A stretch of 64,000 nucleotides of DNA from NCBI RefSeq assembly GCF_009914755.1, contig NC_060947.1, one strand, 5' to 3'. Shown piece by piece: positions 42,214 through 55,903 of the stretch. Position 1 is the stretch's first letter, and every line of letters begins with the position of its first letter. The notes under the pieces were generated by a model. It was not told the origin of the DNA. It made no database searches and saw only the letters and a program-made list of their open reading frames with translations. The position numbers and the translations under genes were made by a program. Origin of the DNA: the human T2T-CHM13v2.0 reference genome, Homo sapiens.

Positions 42214-43261
42214 TAACTCAGTGCAGGAAGCAGACACTTCATTCCCAGAACACGGAGCCCACATACACCCAGCTGAAGGACTTCCATGGCCTCCGGTGCA
42301 ATGTCAATGGATGCAGCTGGGGCCAGGAAGGTCCTGTTCCCACTGTTCCCCCAGTACCTGGGGTACTGCAGGTCTTTAATGAACATCTGTTGAAAGAAAG
42401 AAAGAATGAATGAATGAGGCCTGGAGGGAGGTAGGCCCCTGCCATGATTCCTCAGGGAGCCAGTTAGAGAGCAGGACCAAACTCCAGGGCAGGCTATCCC
42501 CAGCTCCTGGCCTGTGCTGAGTTCCTTCCATTCCCCTGAAGCTTCCACACTCACTGTGCTTTTACTGCAGGACAAAGCAGCCCTGCCAATGGCCAGGGCA
42601 AAGCAAGGCCACCAAGCTGGCAGTCTGGGAGAGTCAGTGACCAAAGTATGTGGGCCCCCGTAGAGCATGTAGCGGAGACTTTCAGGATGACCCGTGGACT
42701 AAGGGAGACATTGTGGCAAGGGGTGAGGGGTCCAGGACGGGAAGTTGGAGCCATAGCGGTGGATGATGAGTCCAGATGGGATGATTGTCCCCAGTCGCTG
42801 CACAGCCAGCCCACTGACCTGTCCTCCAAGCCAGACCAGTGCCAAATGTGTCTGGTGAGCAGTGGCTGCAGGCTGGGCATTTCTTCAGTGAGAACCTGGT
42901 AGCCAGTTACAGCTAAGAACCCACACACCCGTCTTCTCAGTGTGGATCCCTGGAGCCCCTAGCTGGAACCCTGAGCCCTGGAAATGAGGAAAGGAATCCC
43001 TCTATGGCTTATTACCAGACCCACATGTCTTGCCCCTTGCTCTGTTGGCAATCAGCTCCCCCCACCACCAACGAACTAACCTCCTCCTGACTTTCCACCT
43101 TGCTCCCAACCAACCCATCAGGTTTGGAAAAAATACAGAAATACTTCCTGTTAGAGTCAACTTGGGCTTGGCTCAGCTCTGGTCAGAGCAGCACAGAGTA
43201 GCAGCCAAAGGCCTGTGCTTCTGGTCTTGAGGCCCACTCTCATGGCATCTGGGTTAGATGA

Positions 43262-43408
<147 letters not shown>

Positions 43409-44954
43409 TGAGCTGCCCGGGGGAGGCAGGTTCTCTCATGCCCCTGGTGACAGACCAGGGTCAAGCTGCCAGGCTGCTTGGGCTGCTATGGGTGGGGCAC
43501 TGGTCACTTCCTATGGCTCCTGTCTACTGCTTCTCCCACACTCCCACATTCCACCACATCCTGTGTCCTTGGGCTTTCCACTTTTTGGAATCTTGTTCAT
43601 TTTTCTGATCCCTGCCACTGGCCCTCAAGCTCCTCCAGAGTAGGCACTAGGCCCACTCACAGCTGGAGGCCCAGCCCTCACATGGTGCTGGTCTTGGGCT
43701 GGTCAAATGAACGTGTAGGGAATACATGAAGGGACAAATTAATGAGTGAATGACTGAATGATGGAAGAGTCGGCACCTTCTTACTTCTTGGTTAAGCTCT
43801 GAGGACCAGCTAGGAGGCCCTTTGCTCCTGCTTTCTCCCTTCTCTCCTTTTCCTGCCCCATCCCTACCCCAGGCAGCTCTGCTCTGAGGTTCAGGGAGAG
43901 GAAAAGCGGTAGCCCTGGAGAGACCAGCGTGTCCAGCTGGGCTCTGGCTTCTTGGACCTGGAGGGAGTCAGGGGCCACTTTCTCAGGTGATTTGCAGAGT
44001 GGCAAGGTCCCTCTTGTCCCTAAGTGGTTCCAAACCAAGCCTGAATCATTCTTGGGGCAAAGGCTAGGTATGCAGATGTTGGCATAAATAGTTTAGCTCC
44101 GAACTATGCTAGAGTCCTTCTGGTTCAGAGCAGATGGCTAGGGAGGAGTGGCAAAGCCAGTGTCTGCAAAGAGCTACAACCGCAAGATATCACCTGCCTC
44201 CTGCATCCTACTGCAGTCTGGCCAAGGAGGGAATCCTGTGGGGAAGGCCCTGCTGATGCTTTCCTACTTCCCTCAGCACACCCAGGGCCCCTTTCCCTCA
44301 CTAACTTCAATAGTTTGCAATTCATGCCATGGAACCAGAGCCCGAATTCTAAATCCAGGCCCACAAGTCAACACAGGAAGGGGACAGCAGGTCCTGGCCT
44401 CTGAAACCACTGTCTCCGAGCAGGTCCAAGGAGAGGCCACCAGAGACTCTGTTCTTTAAGCTGCCACTAATGGGGAGGACTCCGCTAGAGCCCTGTCCAT
44501 GCAGCCTGCATCTTTTTGCCATCTGCAGAGGCATTGGAGGGATCTTTTTAAAAATAAGCTAGATCACATTTCTCCCCTGCTAAAACCTTCTAGTGGCTCT
44601 CCATTTTCCTTAGAATGAAGTCCAAACCCTTTCCCATGGCCCACTGGGTCCTGCATGGCAGAATCTTTGGCCTTCTATCCAGTCGGGGCTCCTGCTACTC
44701 TCCCCACAGTGGTGCAGCTTGACTGGCTCTGCTGATGGCTGTCGCGGAAGAGACTTCTGGTCTACTGTGATTGGGTGGCTCTGGTCTCCTCCATGTCACC
44801 CCGCCTGCTTATACACCCTCATAACATGAAGCCTGTGCTGTCCACTGTTTCCTTAAAATGAAACCAAGCCTCAAAGTTACTTGTAAAGTCATCTGAAGAA
44901 TCTTCTAGATTTTCATGAATTTTAACCCAGTCTTTTACAGTTGTCTTACCTATA

Positions 44955-45627
<673 letters not shown>

Positions 45628-45645
45628 CACTTAGTTTGACTATAA

Positions 45646-45971
<326 letters not shown>

Positions 45972-46464
45972 TTGTTTTTCCAAAGGAAAGGTTGTTTCTC
46001 ATGGCAACAACCACTCTCCTTTTCCATTCATTTTCATGGATTTACTTAATCATCGAACTTAGTGATTCTTCTCCATTAGTGGCAGCTCAAAGAACTGAGT
46101 TGCTGCCCCAGGGGCCTTTCCTTGGATCTGCTCAGAGACATTGGTTTCAGAGGCCAGGGTCTGCTGTCCCCTTCTTGTGCAAATACAACTGGCATAAAGA
46201 GGTCTGGGACCAAACAAGAGCACCTCTTAGTGAGTGTGCTGGTTAGTGGAGGGCACAGGCTTGTATAGGCAGTGATTGTTCAGCATGCTGTGAGCATCAG
46301 TCTGCCTGGTTTACAGAGACACAGAGAATGTGACTCCACCCTGAGAAGGTTGGGTAAGACATTCCCCACTAAATCCATATTGAGTGGGTGAATACAGGTG
46401 GACTGGGAAGGTGCACTGCTTCTATAAACAGCCACTGGGCCCTGTGGTAACAGGAACACATTAG

Positions 46465-46655
46465 CACATGTTATGGCCCAGGCATTATTCAAAGTACTTG
46501 GCATCTATGAACTCATTTACTTTTCTCAGAATACTTACGAGACAGACATGATTAGCATCCCTATTTCATTGATGGTAAAACTGAGGCCCAGAAAAAAAGG
46601 TCAGGTAACATGCCCAATGTCACACAGCTGGGAGATAGCAAAGCCATGATTTGCA
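46465..46655 (-). mobile_element. MIR
   Basis: catccctatttcattgatggtaaaactgaggcccaga...taacatgcccaatgtcacacagctg. Confidence 0.75.
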
Positions 46656-46853
46656 ACGCCAGAGGGCAACCACTATGCCACAGAGCCCCAGGTGTCAGGC
46701 TGCCTTGAGATATAAATATTGTTCCTCAAGCATCCATTTGAGCAGCTTCTTGGTCCTCATCATCTGTGGGGGGCAGGATCCACTTTCTCGGGAGAGGGTA
46801 GACATACAGACACAAAGTCCTGAACCTGGACCAGGTCTGGCCTTCTTTCACAG

Positions 46854-46949
46854 GCTGTGTGCAGCTGCTAGCTTTGCCTCTTTCCTGGAAGACCAGGATG
46901 GGCACAGTGCCAACTCTCAGTCCTGCAAGCCTAGACCAGCAGCCATCAG
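46854..46949 (+). CDS. ZNF185: ZNF185 cassette exon, 96 nt (RLCAAASFASFLEDQDGHSANSQSCKPRPAAI)
   Basis: Acceptor ccttctttcacag; donor AG|gtaagg; open; phase 2-2 like its neighbours; adds 32 aa. Confidence 0.75.
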
Positions 46950-47589
46950 GTAAGGTTAGGGCCACTGCCCTAGTGCCCTATCCCATTGCCAGACACAGCC
47001 TTTGGGGCCCAGCCTCAGCTGCAGCACCCCAGGATCCCCCTCGAACTTCTCAGCTCCATGCCACTTTCACATCAGGTGATCACAGCAAGACAGGGAACTC
47101 CAGGGGGAGCCCTGACCAGGGGCAGTGGAAGAAGAGGGATGGGTGATATGTCTGCTCACCCAGAGAGCCCAGCACCAACCTACATGGACCCAAGCTGAGG
47201 TGGCAGAGAGGAGGGCATCTGAAGGCAGAGCCTGGGAAGAGATCCTGCTAGGAGGTCTCAGAGAACCTCTGCTGTAGGGACTACAGCCAGGTTTAGCAAG
47301 CAGGAGTCAGGGAGAAGATTCCCAGGGGCAGCCAGCATTAGAGGGCTCAGTTCCCAGGAGCACATGACCGGTGGCTGGGATGGGCAAAAATGGCTCCTGG
47401 GGCACAAAGGTACAATGGGAAGAAGCTGTGCATTCCCATGCTGTAAGCGTCTGCCCTGTTTCACCCACCAATCCACCAGTGGGCATGGCCACTTTGCTGT
47501 GGGTGTGTGGAGCATTTGGCAAGTCCTAGTAAGGAACGATCTTTCTTAACTCCCATAAACCCTACAGAGGTGTAGGTCAGGTAAGGATA

Positions 47590-48228
47590 CGTCATGCTCA
47601 GGGTCAGGTTCCAGCTGCAGCTGAGGGCTAAGGGGAATGGGTGGACGTGGGGCAGGGAGCTGGAAGAACACTCGAGAGATAGCAGGTAAATGAGACATGG
47701 CTTTACTCAGCAGCAGCTCTCTTACACAGCTTTCTCAAACTAGCTTTCTCATTAGCAGCTTACTCTCACACCGTCTGCCCTGTCTTGGCTGCTTAGTCCG
47801 GTGGCCCCTACGCACAGCTGCGTGGCCAGCTCTCCCTTGCCTTCAGGGTCAGCAGCTTAATTCTTTCTCTCCCTGGGCACGGGCAAGCCAAGCTGTGTCC
47901 TGGCTCCCCTCTGTCCTGGCTCCCCTCTGTCCACCTGCAAAGACAGACAGCTCTTGCTCTCTCTCTTTCTCTAGGTTCCCGTGCACCCGCCATGTCAAGC
48001 TATGTTGAGCTGAGCCAAGCCCCAAGAGACATGTCCCCCATACACAGCGTCAACAGGGCAGTTATACCTTTTACAGACAATAGTGGTTTAGAGCCAAGTA
48101 TGAACTTACATAAACAGGTTATATAAGAAGTGGAGGTGTGCACCTGTGCACCAGACTCATTGAGTCATGCAGGCCTGGATATCCCCCTCTGCCTATTCCT
48201 TGAACAAAGCACATCCAGGTACCTTACA
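47590..48228 (-). mobile_element. Solo LTR, LTR18-like (ERVL)
   Basis: Reverse strand starts TGTAAGGTACCTGGATGTGCTTTGTTCAAGGAATAGGC; 5-bp TSD GGATA at 47585-47589 and 48229-48233. Family name is from memory. Confidence 0.75.
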
Positions 48229-48336
48229 GGATACTAGAACCCAAAACCAGGAGACTTCCCCAGGGAACCCAAGTTGGTCAGGGGCAGTGTTTGCTCTTGA
48301 ACTCAGGTGCTAAGGCCATGTCCAAAGCTGACATGA

Positions 48337-48600
<264 letters not shown>

Positions 48601-50212
48601 TAAGGCATGAGCAGACAGTGCTGAACTTCTGGGGTGGAGAGAGGCAGCTTGGGCTGTGTGTCCATTGGCCTTTGGCTGGGAAGGTGAGGCCAGCAAGGTT
48701 TGTGAGCTGGCCTGAGGCACATAGCAAGGGCAGAAGCCCCAGCCAGAACCCTCTGGCTTCTGGGGCCAGGGAGCTTTCCACTAAACTGTTGCCTTGGCCA
48801 GGAAATACATCATAGTCAGAAAGGGTCTTTCAGTCAGCAACCACTCTGACAGCAACTGCCTTTTGCTGGAGGCTGGAGCATGCAGACAAATCAGAAACAC
48901 CTCTGCCCTCCAGGAACTCTCAGGCAGGGGGTGGGCAAAGGCTGGTCCAGATTAGAGCAATACATGAGCGCTAGAGCAGGGGAAGGGGGCTTCATGGGGA
49001 CTGTATGTAGCTGGATGTGGTCAGCGATGAGTGTCCTTGTTGGGGAGTGCTGGAAGAGGAGGCTCAGTGAACTAGGTAGGGCTTGATTGGCCTCTTGTAC
49101 TGTGATATTGGAGTCCACTGTGTGCACAGCCCTCTACTCACAGTGTCTCATACGGTTCTCCTCACAGTCTCTCAAAGGTTTATGCCTAATTACAACAAAA
49201 CCCAAAAGCCTGGAGCCTAGGTCTCTGTGCCTCCTGGGAAGGATAGTGCTCCGAAGAAAACAGCCGCAGCTGAGATAGAGTGATGGCGGTGAGGAGGGTA
49301 CTACTTAGGTGGGTGGAAAAGGCAACTCAGGCGATCTCCTCTAAAGAGGAGAAGGAGCCAACTCTAGAAAGAACACGGTGGAGAGAGCTATAGATAAGGA
49401 ACCACAAACCAACTAACCCTGAGGTGGGAACATGCTTAGCATGTTCCAAAGGACAGAGTGGCTGGAGCTTGGCCAGTGAGGAGGGCCACAGATGGAGCAG
49501 GGCCTTGGTAAGCCATGGTTAAGAGATTGGATCTTATTTCAAGTTTTAAGCCAAAGGGGAGTCTCATGTGATTTAGGTGTTTAAAAGGTGAATGCATGTT
49601 TGCATTTTCATACCACATTGCTGTTGCTTTTTTACTTAAACCAAGATGCTGGGGGCTGGGGTGGGCAATGGATATCTAAGGTATGAGGCCTTATTGTGTT
49701 TCTTTTCTCATTCGAATTGCACTGACAATTAACAATCAGAGTGAAAACAACAGCTGACACCAATACTGTGCTGTGCTAGGTGCCTTACAGCCTTCCCAGC
49801 AACTTGTGAGATGGGTAAGGTGGGAAACTGAAGCATAGAAAGATTAAGTGACTTAGCCAAGGCCTTACAAGTGGCAGAACTGAGTTCCAAGGGAAGAGGC
49901 TCTAAGAAAATCCTCAGGAGAAACTACGAAAAACTAGTTTATGAAATCTTGTCTTTGGAGCCTAGTCTCAAGACCCAGAATCAGTAACTTACAGCTGGTT
50001 AACATGGTTAACATGCTGTGTGATCTCACCTTAATTTTCCCCAAACGTGGAAAAGGATAAGGCTTCTTATTATGCAACTTGACAGAGGAGAAAATTGAGG
50101 GACTCACTCCTGTAATGAACACACTTAGGAACAGAGCCCAGATCCAGCCAACTCTAGAGCCAGGCTCACGCTACTTTCCTCTGATGTTTAAACATCTGCA
50201 AAATCAGAGGTG

Positions 50213-50519
50213 TTTTTTTTTTTTTTTTTTTTTTTTTGAGACAGAGTTTTGCTTTGTCGCCCCAGCTGGGGTGCAGTGGCGCAATCTCGACTCACTGCAA
50301 CCTCTGCCTCCTGGGTTCAAACGATTCTCCTGCCTCAGCCTCCTAAGTAGCTGGGATTACAGGCACATGCCACCACGCCCAGCTAATTTTTATATTTTTA
50401 CTAGGGATAGGGTTTCACTGTGTTGGCCAGGCTGGTCTCAAACTCCTGACATCAAGCCATCCACCCATCTTGGCCTCCCAAATTGCTGGGATTACAGGCG
50501 TGAGCCACTGTGCCTGGCC
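50213..50519 (-). mobile_element. AluS-like element
   Basis: Poly-T followed by a full reverse Alu, ending gagccactgtgcctggcc. Confidence 0.94.
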
Positions 50520-50539
50520 AATACAAACTTTCTTGATTA

Positions 50540-51650
50540 CAGTGTTTCACAACTCTGGCTGTACTTGAGAATCACCTAGGAAGTACTGAAATACACTGTT
50601 GATGAAAAAGGCCATACTCTGTAAAATATTTGAAGAAATTCTGAGCCAAATGTTAGGACTATGACCCGTGACACAGCCTCAGGAGGTCCTGAGAGCATGT
50701 GCCCAGGGTGGTTCACTTACAGCTTGGTTTTTTATGTTCTAGGGAGACATAAGACATCAATCAATACATGTGAGGTATACATTAGTTAGGTCCAGAAAGG
50801 CCTAGGTATACATTAGTTAGGTCCAGAAAGGCCGGACACCTCAAAGCTGGGAGTGTGGTGGGGGTGGGGGTGGGGGTGGGGTTCCAGGTCATAGGTGGAT
50901 TCAGAGATTTTCTGATTGGCAATTGGTTGAAAGAGTTGTTATTCTCTAAAGACCTGGAATCAATAGAAAGGAGTGCCTGGGTTAAGATAAGGGGTTGTGG
51001 AGACCAGAGTTCTTATATAGGTGAAGTCTCATAAGTGGCCGCCCTTAGAAGCAATAGATGGCCAATGTTTCTTATTCAGACCTTTAAAAGGTGCTAGACT
51101 CTCAGATCAGAAAAAGTCCTGGAAAGGGAAGGAGATTCTCTACAGAATGTAAATTTCCCCCAGGAGAGACAGCTTTGCCAGGTCATTTCAAAATATGTCA
51201 AAAAATATATTTTGGTGTAAAATACTTCAATTTCTTTCATTACCTGCTGTCTGTCATGTGATGCTATACTAGAGTCAGGTTGGAATTTGGCATATTATTG
51301 CTTCAAGGAGTCTGTTTTGTCAGTCTGAATATCTCTCTCAATGTTAATACTGGTCAGTTGGGCATGAATTCCAAAGGGAGGAGAATATATTGAGGCATGT
51401 CTGACCTTCCCCTTTCTCATCATGACCTGAACTAGTTTTTCACGTTGTGTCCCCTTGGCTGAGAGAAGTGTCCATTCATTCAGCTGGGGAGCTTAGAATT
51501 TTATTTTTGGTTTACAACACAACAAAAACTTCCCGAAGTCCCAGGTAGAGATTTGGATTTTATTTTTCTGGGGTGGGTCTCCATCATGTGTCTTTTTCAA
51601 AGCTCCCCAGTTTGTTCTCCTTCCAGGCTAGGTCGAGAACCATCGTTCTC
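50540..51650. mobile_element. MER5-like hAT element split by the MER4 LTR
   Basis: cagtgtttcacaactctggctgtacttgagaatcacctagga on the left; tttttcaaagctccccag...gagaaccatcgttct on the right. Confidence 0.6.
50597..51516 (-). mobile_element. Solo LTR, MER4 family (MER4D-like, ERV1)
   Basis: TG...CA ends; reverse strand starts TGTAAACCAAAAATAAAATTCTAAGC; gacacagcctcaggaggtcctgagagcatgtgccca motif; 4-bp TSD ACAC. Confidence 0.85.
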
Positions 51651-51651
51651 A

Positions 51652-51865
51652 GGTAGTGGTTCTGACCCAGGGGCATCTCCCAAAGCTTCCAGCCTGCTAC
51701 GATACAATGTCTGGAGCCATTTTTGGTTGTCAAAACTGGGAGTGGGAGACACTACTGGCTTCTTATATGCAGAGATCTGGGATGCTGCCCCACATCCCCC
51801 AACACACACCATAGAATTATGGGGTTCAAAATGGTAATAGTGCTAAGGTTGACAAACCTTGCTGT
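51652..51865 (+). mobile_element. MER20 (hAT-Charlie)
   Basis: caatgtctggagccatttttggttgtca...tactggc...gggatgctgc...caaaatggtaatagtgctaaggttgacaaacct. Confidence 0.8.
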
Positions 51866-51949
51866 AGAGCCTTGACGATCTATTTGGGAAGACAGCAGGG
51901 ACGGAAAAGAAAAAGGGATGGCACAGAACCACACCCCTCACCTTCCCCG

Positions 51950-52620
51950 AAATCTGGGTAGCGGGCACAGGACGTGTGCGCCTGCGCGAATGCGCGCTCG
52001 CCACCAGCGTACGCGACGCGTGCGCGCCTGTGCACCTCGGCGAGCACGCGCCCGTAGTGAGTACGCCTGCGTAGGCCGCCATTTCTTGAAGCCCCGAACT
52101 CGGTCGCAGTGCCCGCCGGGAAAATGCGACCGTCCACAAAGTGAAATGGCCGCCCGGGACGAGCTCGGCCTCGGCGGGGATTCTCTTGAGGCCATGCCCG
52201 TGCCGGCCGCCAGAGGTCGCCCGAGGATCACGAATGGGCCCGAGGAGCTGGCTGCCCCTTCCCCCGCGTAAGGTCTGAAGCCGCGGCCAGAGTGGCTTTG
52301 GGGTGACCGCGCGTGGACCGTCGCCGGCGGGAGGAAGCGCGGTCCCGCGAGGGGCCGAACGGGGCCCCTGCGGCTTGAGCTTGTTTCGCAGGGAGCCCTG
52401 GGGCCATGGCCTCTGGGACACTGGACACGGGTCGTCAGGGCTGCCCAGGGGGAGGGGGTGTGGACGTGCAGACAGGGAAGGCAGCTGGACCCTCCAACCA
52501 CGCTGGGCCCTCGGGCTGACCGGGGCTGGTCTGTGGGGCAGTGAGGAGGGGCTTCGTTCCCTAGGAGTTTGATGAGGGAGCGCCATGGGGGTGGCGTCAT
52601 CCTGACATCCCGCAGGGCAG
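51950..52620. promoter_or_regulatory. Intragenic CpG island / internal promoter
   Basis: CpG-dense; NRF1-type TGCGCCTGCGC at 51977-51987; YY1-type GCCGCCATTT at 52075-52084 and AAATGGCCGCC at 52144-52154. Confidence 0.85.
52146..52267 (+). CDS. ZNF185: Alternative first coding exon of a short ZNF185 isoform (MAARDELGLGGDSLEAMPVPAARGRPRITNGPEELAAPSP)
   Basis: Strong start context gaaATGg; donor GC|gtaagg at 52267/52268 in phase 2, joining coding exon 16 in frame. Confidence 0.78.
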
Positions 52621-52721
52621 TGGAGCCTTACTTTCCCTAGGTTACAACACAGTTTTAACTGTCCCAAACTGTGGGGACTCCGCCCTATTCCATCTTGGGC
52701 CGCTCCATCACACTACAGGGA

Positions 52722-52930
52722 GAGGCGGTATAGTATAGTGGTTGAGAGCCTGGACTCTGGTGCTTTGGGTTCCAGTCCAAGCTCTGTCACTTACAAGCAC
52801 CGTGACCTTGGGCATGTTACTCATCTTCTCTGTGCCTCAGGTTCCTCACGTGCGGAATAGTGGTAATCATACCTCCTACCATATAGGGTTGTTGAAATGG
52901 CCAAATCGGTTTGTATATGTAAAGCCTGTA
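52722..52930 (+). mobile_element. MIR
   Basis: gtatagtatagtggttgagagcctggactctgg...gtgaccttgggcatgttactcatcttctctgtgcctcaggttcctca. Confidence 0.88.
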
Positions 52931-53257
52931 GGACATTTAAACCTGCGAGCTAAGTGAAGCAGCACCAGAGGAATATCTCCTCCTCTCAGAGGTGTTCAGG
53001 GACACCTGGAAAGCTAACTTAACCAGCTTTATTGGTTTGATTTCATTTGACATGACACGATATCTCATCTTCTTCCTACTAAACTTTTGTCATCAAATTT
53101 TCCATCTAGAACATGCTGTTTTCCTCATTATGTTGCAAGCATGGGCTTCTCGTTTATATTTTTTCTGCATGAGGATCAGGTGAAGTTTAGGCACCACATT
53201 TCCTCACCACTGGCAACCGTTGTTGGCCAGTGGAGGCAGTACAAGGGTGGAAGTGTC

Positions 53258-53748
<491 letters not shown>

Positions 53749-55153
53749 TAAAAGAATGGAAGTGTGTAGATTATGGTTGTGTTAGGAGTTGACAGTGGCT
53801 GTATTAGGCTACTGGATCTTTGGTCCAATTACACTCAGAAGGAAAGGCTTCAGAGAAATTAATCCAAAATCCAAAATCCCGTTGGTCACCATCCCCTATG
53901 TTACCTTGCCTATCTCTAACCACTTGACTTCCAGGAAGTTCATGAGGAGCTCGGACAGGATAGCTGGGAAGTAATTCCCCTGGATGTTACATTGTCCAGC
54001 AGAGCTTCCTGTGAGTGTTTGCCTAAGATTTCCTTTTTATGACCCACATAGGTCATATGTCCTAAAATCACAGTGGCCCTGCCACAGGCCTAGGAAAGAA
54101 GAAGCCTTGTTCATCCATTTGTCCCTGTGTCACAATAGAGCCCAAATTTCTCTTTGTGGATAATCCTGGCTCTATCCACAGACTTGGTGAGGGCAACCTC
54201 TACTAGTGTATTTCTACAGAGGACGTGGGACAGGACGGGACTCTGATTAAATCCATAGTAAAGCTAACTCAGGGCTACCACAGTAGGGAGACAAGCTCTT
54301 CAGGCCTTGTATGTTTGTCTTTGGCTCAAGCAAGCATGTCACTGACAGAGATTGAATGGGTGTGTCAGGGCACCCTGCTGGCAACCCTGGGACTGGTGTT
54401 ACCTGTGCAGACCACTTTTGGATCTGCATGGGCTGCAGCAGACCCTAAGGGTGGAAGCAGCACAGAGAAGCACAGGCCCAGTGGGATGGTTCCCCACAGT
54501 TACTGTGTGGCGTCACACTCACTTGCCTGCAGTTCTGCCTGGTGCAGCTGGAGGTGGCAATTAGCTTGTTGTGCCTGCTGGAGAATTTTAGTTCCCTTGA
54601 CCTCCACCTGAGGCTGAAGAATCATGTTGCTTTCAGGGCATACTTTCCAAAAAGTGTGGCCTCTGTTGGCCTTGTTATTCCAGCTTGAAGGCAGGAAGCC
54701 TGCCTAGACAAAGTTAACTCCTATATACAAAGAGTCCCAGGGTAGTTTGTAGCGTGTTCTTGTCTCGGGGTAGCCCCCACCAGCTATTGAAGGTAGGCTG
54801 GTGATGTTGGGAAGGTTATATTCAGAGTGAGCTAGGATCGAGGTGATGGCGAAGTAGATTTTCATTCTGAAATGCTGGGCTCACTCTCTTAGTAGCCCAA
54901 CTTGGTGTTTGCCCCTGGCCTAGTAGACTCTGGAAGCAGTACCTTGCACCTCGGTGTGGGGCTGGTGATGGGAGGGGTGTGGAAGTGGAGGATCAGCTAG
55001 CAGCCTCTTTCCCACGGTACCCAGATTGGAGGGTGCAGTGCAATCATGGGGTGAGGCCAGGGAGGACCCCTGAAGAGCTCGATGCCTGAGACATCTGGGG
55101 GAAGCCCTGTCCTTCTTGCTGGATTCAGGGGTGGCAAAAGCCAAAAATTGGAG

Positions 55154-55467
<314 letters not shown>

Positions 55468-55684
55468 TCATCTATTACACATGGAGGCCTGTTCAGTGAG
55501 AAGGGAGCAGCGATGCTGGGCTCCTGCCAAGGAGGAGACTGTCTGCTCCCTGGAATTGGGGCTGTGCCTGGCTCCTTTCTGCCCCGCTTTCAGGGATATG
55601 AGTCCCTCCAAGTCCACAGGAGGTGACAGCCAGCTTGCGTCCTGGGGCTGAGGCAGGGTTAGTTTCAGAGCACTTTTTTCATAA

Positions 55685-55903
<219 letters not shown>

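Noticed and set aside
49427-49447. Perfect palindrome GGAACATGCT-T-AGCATGTTCC resembling a p53 site
   Set aside because: The two CATG cores are 9 bp apart rather than 10, so the half-sites overlap. It lies in L2-like sequence and is probably chance.
51843-52667. 274-aa and 220-aa - strand ORFs across the internal CpG island
   Set aside because: GC-content artefact. Only the short ATG-to-donor segments have independent support, and these are reported as findings.
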